Below are positions 43,232 through 44,525 of a stretch of 44,525 nucleotides of DNA, piece by piece (within the stretch, counting starts at the first letter, position 1; every line of letters begins with the position of its first letter). Made by a program: the position numbers and the translations under genes. Origin of the DNA: an uncultured Candidatus Saccharibacteria bacterium (lineage in GTDB: Bacteria; Patescibacteriota; Minisyncoccia; Phycocordibacterales; JACOZG01); assembly GCA_964648765.1 (NCBI GenBank), contig CAZYLF010000001.1, positions 434,107 through 478,631 of the forward strand, read 5' to 3'. The notes beneath the pieces were generated by a model, which saw nothing but the letters and a program-made list of their open reading frames with translations, was not told where the DNA came from and did no database searches.

Positions 43232-44525
43232 ATGACAAAATTAAAATTAATTTGGATTCCCATACTTTTAATTCTGATTTTTTTTAATTTTGCCTTTGCT
43301 GCAAGTGACTCGGTAAATGTGAGTTTAACAGTCACGGCGGGCAGCACGGGCGGTGGCGGGGACGATGAAGATCCGCCTTGCACAATAAATTGTCCACCCA
43401 CACCCGTGCTAGGTTGCACTGATCCATCGGCGACAAATTACAATAGTTCGGCAACTCAAAATGATGGTAGCTGTACGTACCCAGTTACCGGTTGTACTGA
43501 TTCAAATGCCTCAAATTATAATAGTTCAGCCACCACAGATGATGGCAGTTGTACTTATCCAGTTGAAAACATAAACAACTTTTCTGCCTCATATAATTCA
43601 GGGTCAAATTCAATAAACCTTAGCTGGAGTAATCCATCATTTGTAGGATTTCAATCGGTAAGAATTGTCCGCAGTTCTAGCTCCTTCCCCACCTCACCCA
43701 CTTCTGGCCAACTTATTTATCAAGGTACCGCAGAAAGTTTTGAGGATACTGATATTGATTTTGACACTACTTATTACTACACCGCGTTTGTGCGAAATAA
43801 TAACGGTGATTATTCATCAGGTTCAGTTGATAGCGCGAGTGTGCCAAGTGAAGATGAGTCGCCACTTCCTCCCGGCGAGGATCCTCCACCACTCCCAGGG
43901 GAGGAGGGAGGACCGCCAGATCCTTTTGACTCCTTTCCAGTATTAAATGAAATTACAGATCCATTAATTCTAGATTTAACCTTTGGAGATTTTATTTTTA
44001 GTCAACCGGGTGAGCGACGACAATTTTTCTCTAGTGGTGGCACGGTGTATATAAATGGCAATAAAACCCTTACTGTAAGCGTGCCGTATGATAAGGTGCC
44101 TGAAACTTTAAAAATTATTGGACTTTCAATCCGCGATCCTGAAGATCGTCGCAAGATTTTCTCTTTTCTTCTTAAAATTAATGAAGACAAAAGTTCTTAC
44201 GAAGCAACCATCGCCCCACTGGGCCGTGATGGTAAATATGAAATCTATGTTTCAATAATCAATTATCAAGATCAAAATATTAAACGACTTAGTGGTGAAC
44301 TTCTGGTTTCTGGGGTTGGTTTAACCACTCTTGGAGCAATGGGGGATGCCGTGGGTAAAGTTAGTTCACCAATCGTGATTTCAACTGGACTCGCCATCGG
44401 TGTGGCTCAGGGTTTGGCTTTTGGTAGCATTACCTCGCTTTACGATGTGTATCTTTTGGGGTTAAAACTTTTTGGGTTGATTCTAAGTTTCTTAGGTATA
44501 AAAAAGAAGTCGCGCTCGTGGGGTG
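43232..44525 (+). CDS. Secreted surface protein (3' end outside window); not in the ORF track because no stop is reached
   Basis: My translation from ATG 43232 is open to the window end (431 codons). Signal peptide 'MTKLKLIWIPILLILIFFNFAFA'. Two Cys-bounded repeats 'GCTDPSATNYNSSATQNDGSCTYP'/'GCTDSNASNYNSSATTDDGSCTYP'. FN3-like 'INLSWSNPSFVGFQSVRIVRS...YYYTAFV'. Pro-rich linker. C-terminal hydrophobic segments. Confidence 0.7.
   Translation, partial: MTKLKLIWIPILLILIFFNFAFAASDSVNVSLTVTAGSTGGGGDDEDPPCTINCPPTPVLGCTDPSATNYNSSATQNDGSCTYPVTGCTDSNASNYNSSATTDDGSCTYPVENINNFSASYNSGSNSINLSWSNPSFVGFQSVRIVRSSSSFPTSPTSGQLIYQGTAESFEDTDIDFDTTYYYTAFVRNNNGDYSSGSVDSASVPSEDESPLPPGEDPPPLPGEEGGPPDPFDSFPVLNEITDPLILDLTFGDFIFSQPGERRQFFSSGGTVYINGNKTLTVSVPYDKVPETLKIIGLSIRDPEDRRKIFSFLLKINEDKSSYEATIAPLGRDGKYEIYVSIINYQDQNIKRLSGELLVSGVGLTTLGAMGDAVGKVSSPIVISTGLAIGVAQGLAFGSITSLYDVYLLGLKLFGLILSFLGIKKKSRSWG

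Noticed and set aside
1-44525. CRISPR arrays, rRNA genes, tmRNA, prophage integrase/att pairs
   Set aside because: I saw no regularly spaced short repeats, rRNA-like segments or integrase motifs on either strand. The only regular repeats are the promoter/terminator modules of the paralog island.

Overview
The window has two halves that differ in composition and gene content, joined at a tRNA-Ala(CGC) gene (23279-23352). The left half (1 to ~23.2 kb) is GC-rich; the first 60 nt are 33/60 GC. Its gene content looks PVC/Planctomycetota-like: a PEP-CTERM protein, a secreted trypsin-like protease and Cys-rich secreted paralogs. It is an accessory mosaic made of: (a) a two-gene cassette encoding a TIR-like (CAP12/Pycsar-effector type) protein, bracketed by ~58-bp direct repeats; (b) an IS66-family element whose tnpB has an in-frame stop; (c) two IS256-family transposase remnants; (d) an uncharacterised, translationally coupled three-gene operon (304/288/774 aa); (e) a C-terminal PIWI (prokaryotic Argonaute) remnant. 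The right half (~23.3-44.5 kb) is AT-rich; the line at 25381 is 18/60 GC. It has short genes with strong SD sites and clean hairpin terminators, which looks CPR/Patescibacteria-like. It carries housekeeping genes (pyrE-like, tag, rsmE, ECF sigma, hpf, cyclophilin, priA-def-fmt). These are interrupted by a ~4.8-kb island (29.9-34.65 kb). The island holds a structured ORF-poor segment and four tandem paralogs of a soluble, TM-less PilC/GspF-like protein. Each paralog has its own TTGAC-N17-TAGTTT promoter and a conserved structured terminator hairpin. The strongest candidates for undescribed systems are the three-gene operon (9880-13986), the repeat-bracketed TIR-like cassette (3123-4647) and the soluble GspF-like paralog array (30200-34600). 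The join at the tRNA may be an assembly chimera and should be checked. All domain calls come from motif recognition by eye; no searches were run.
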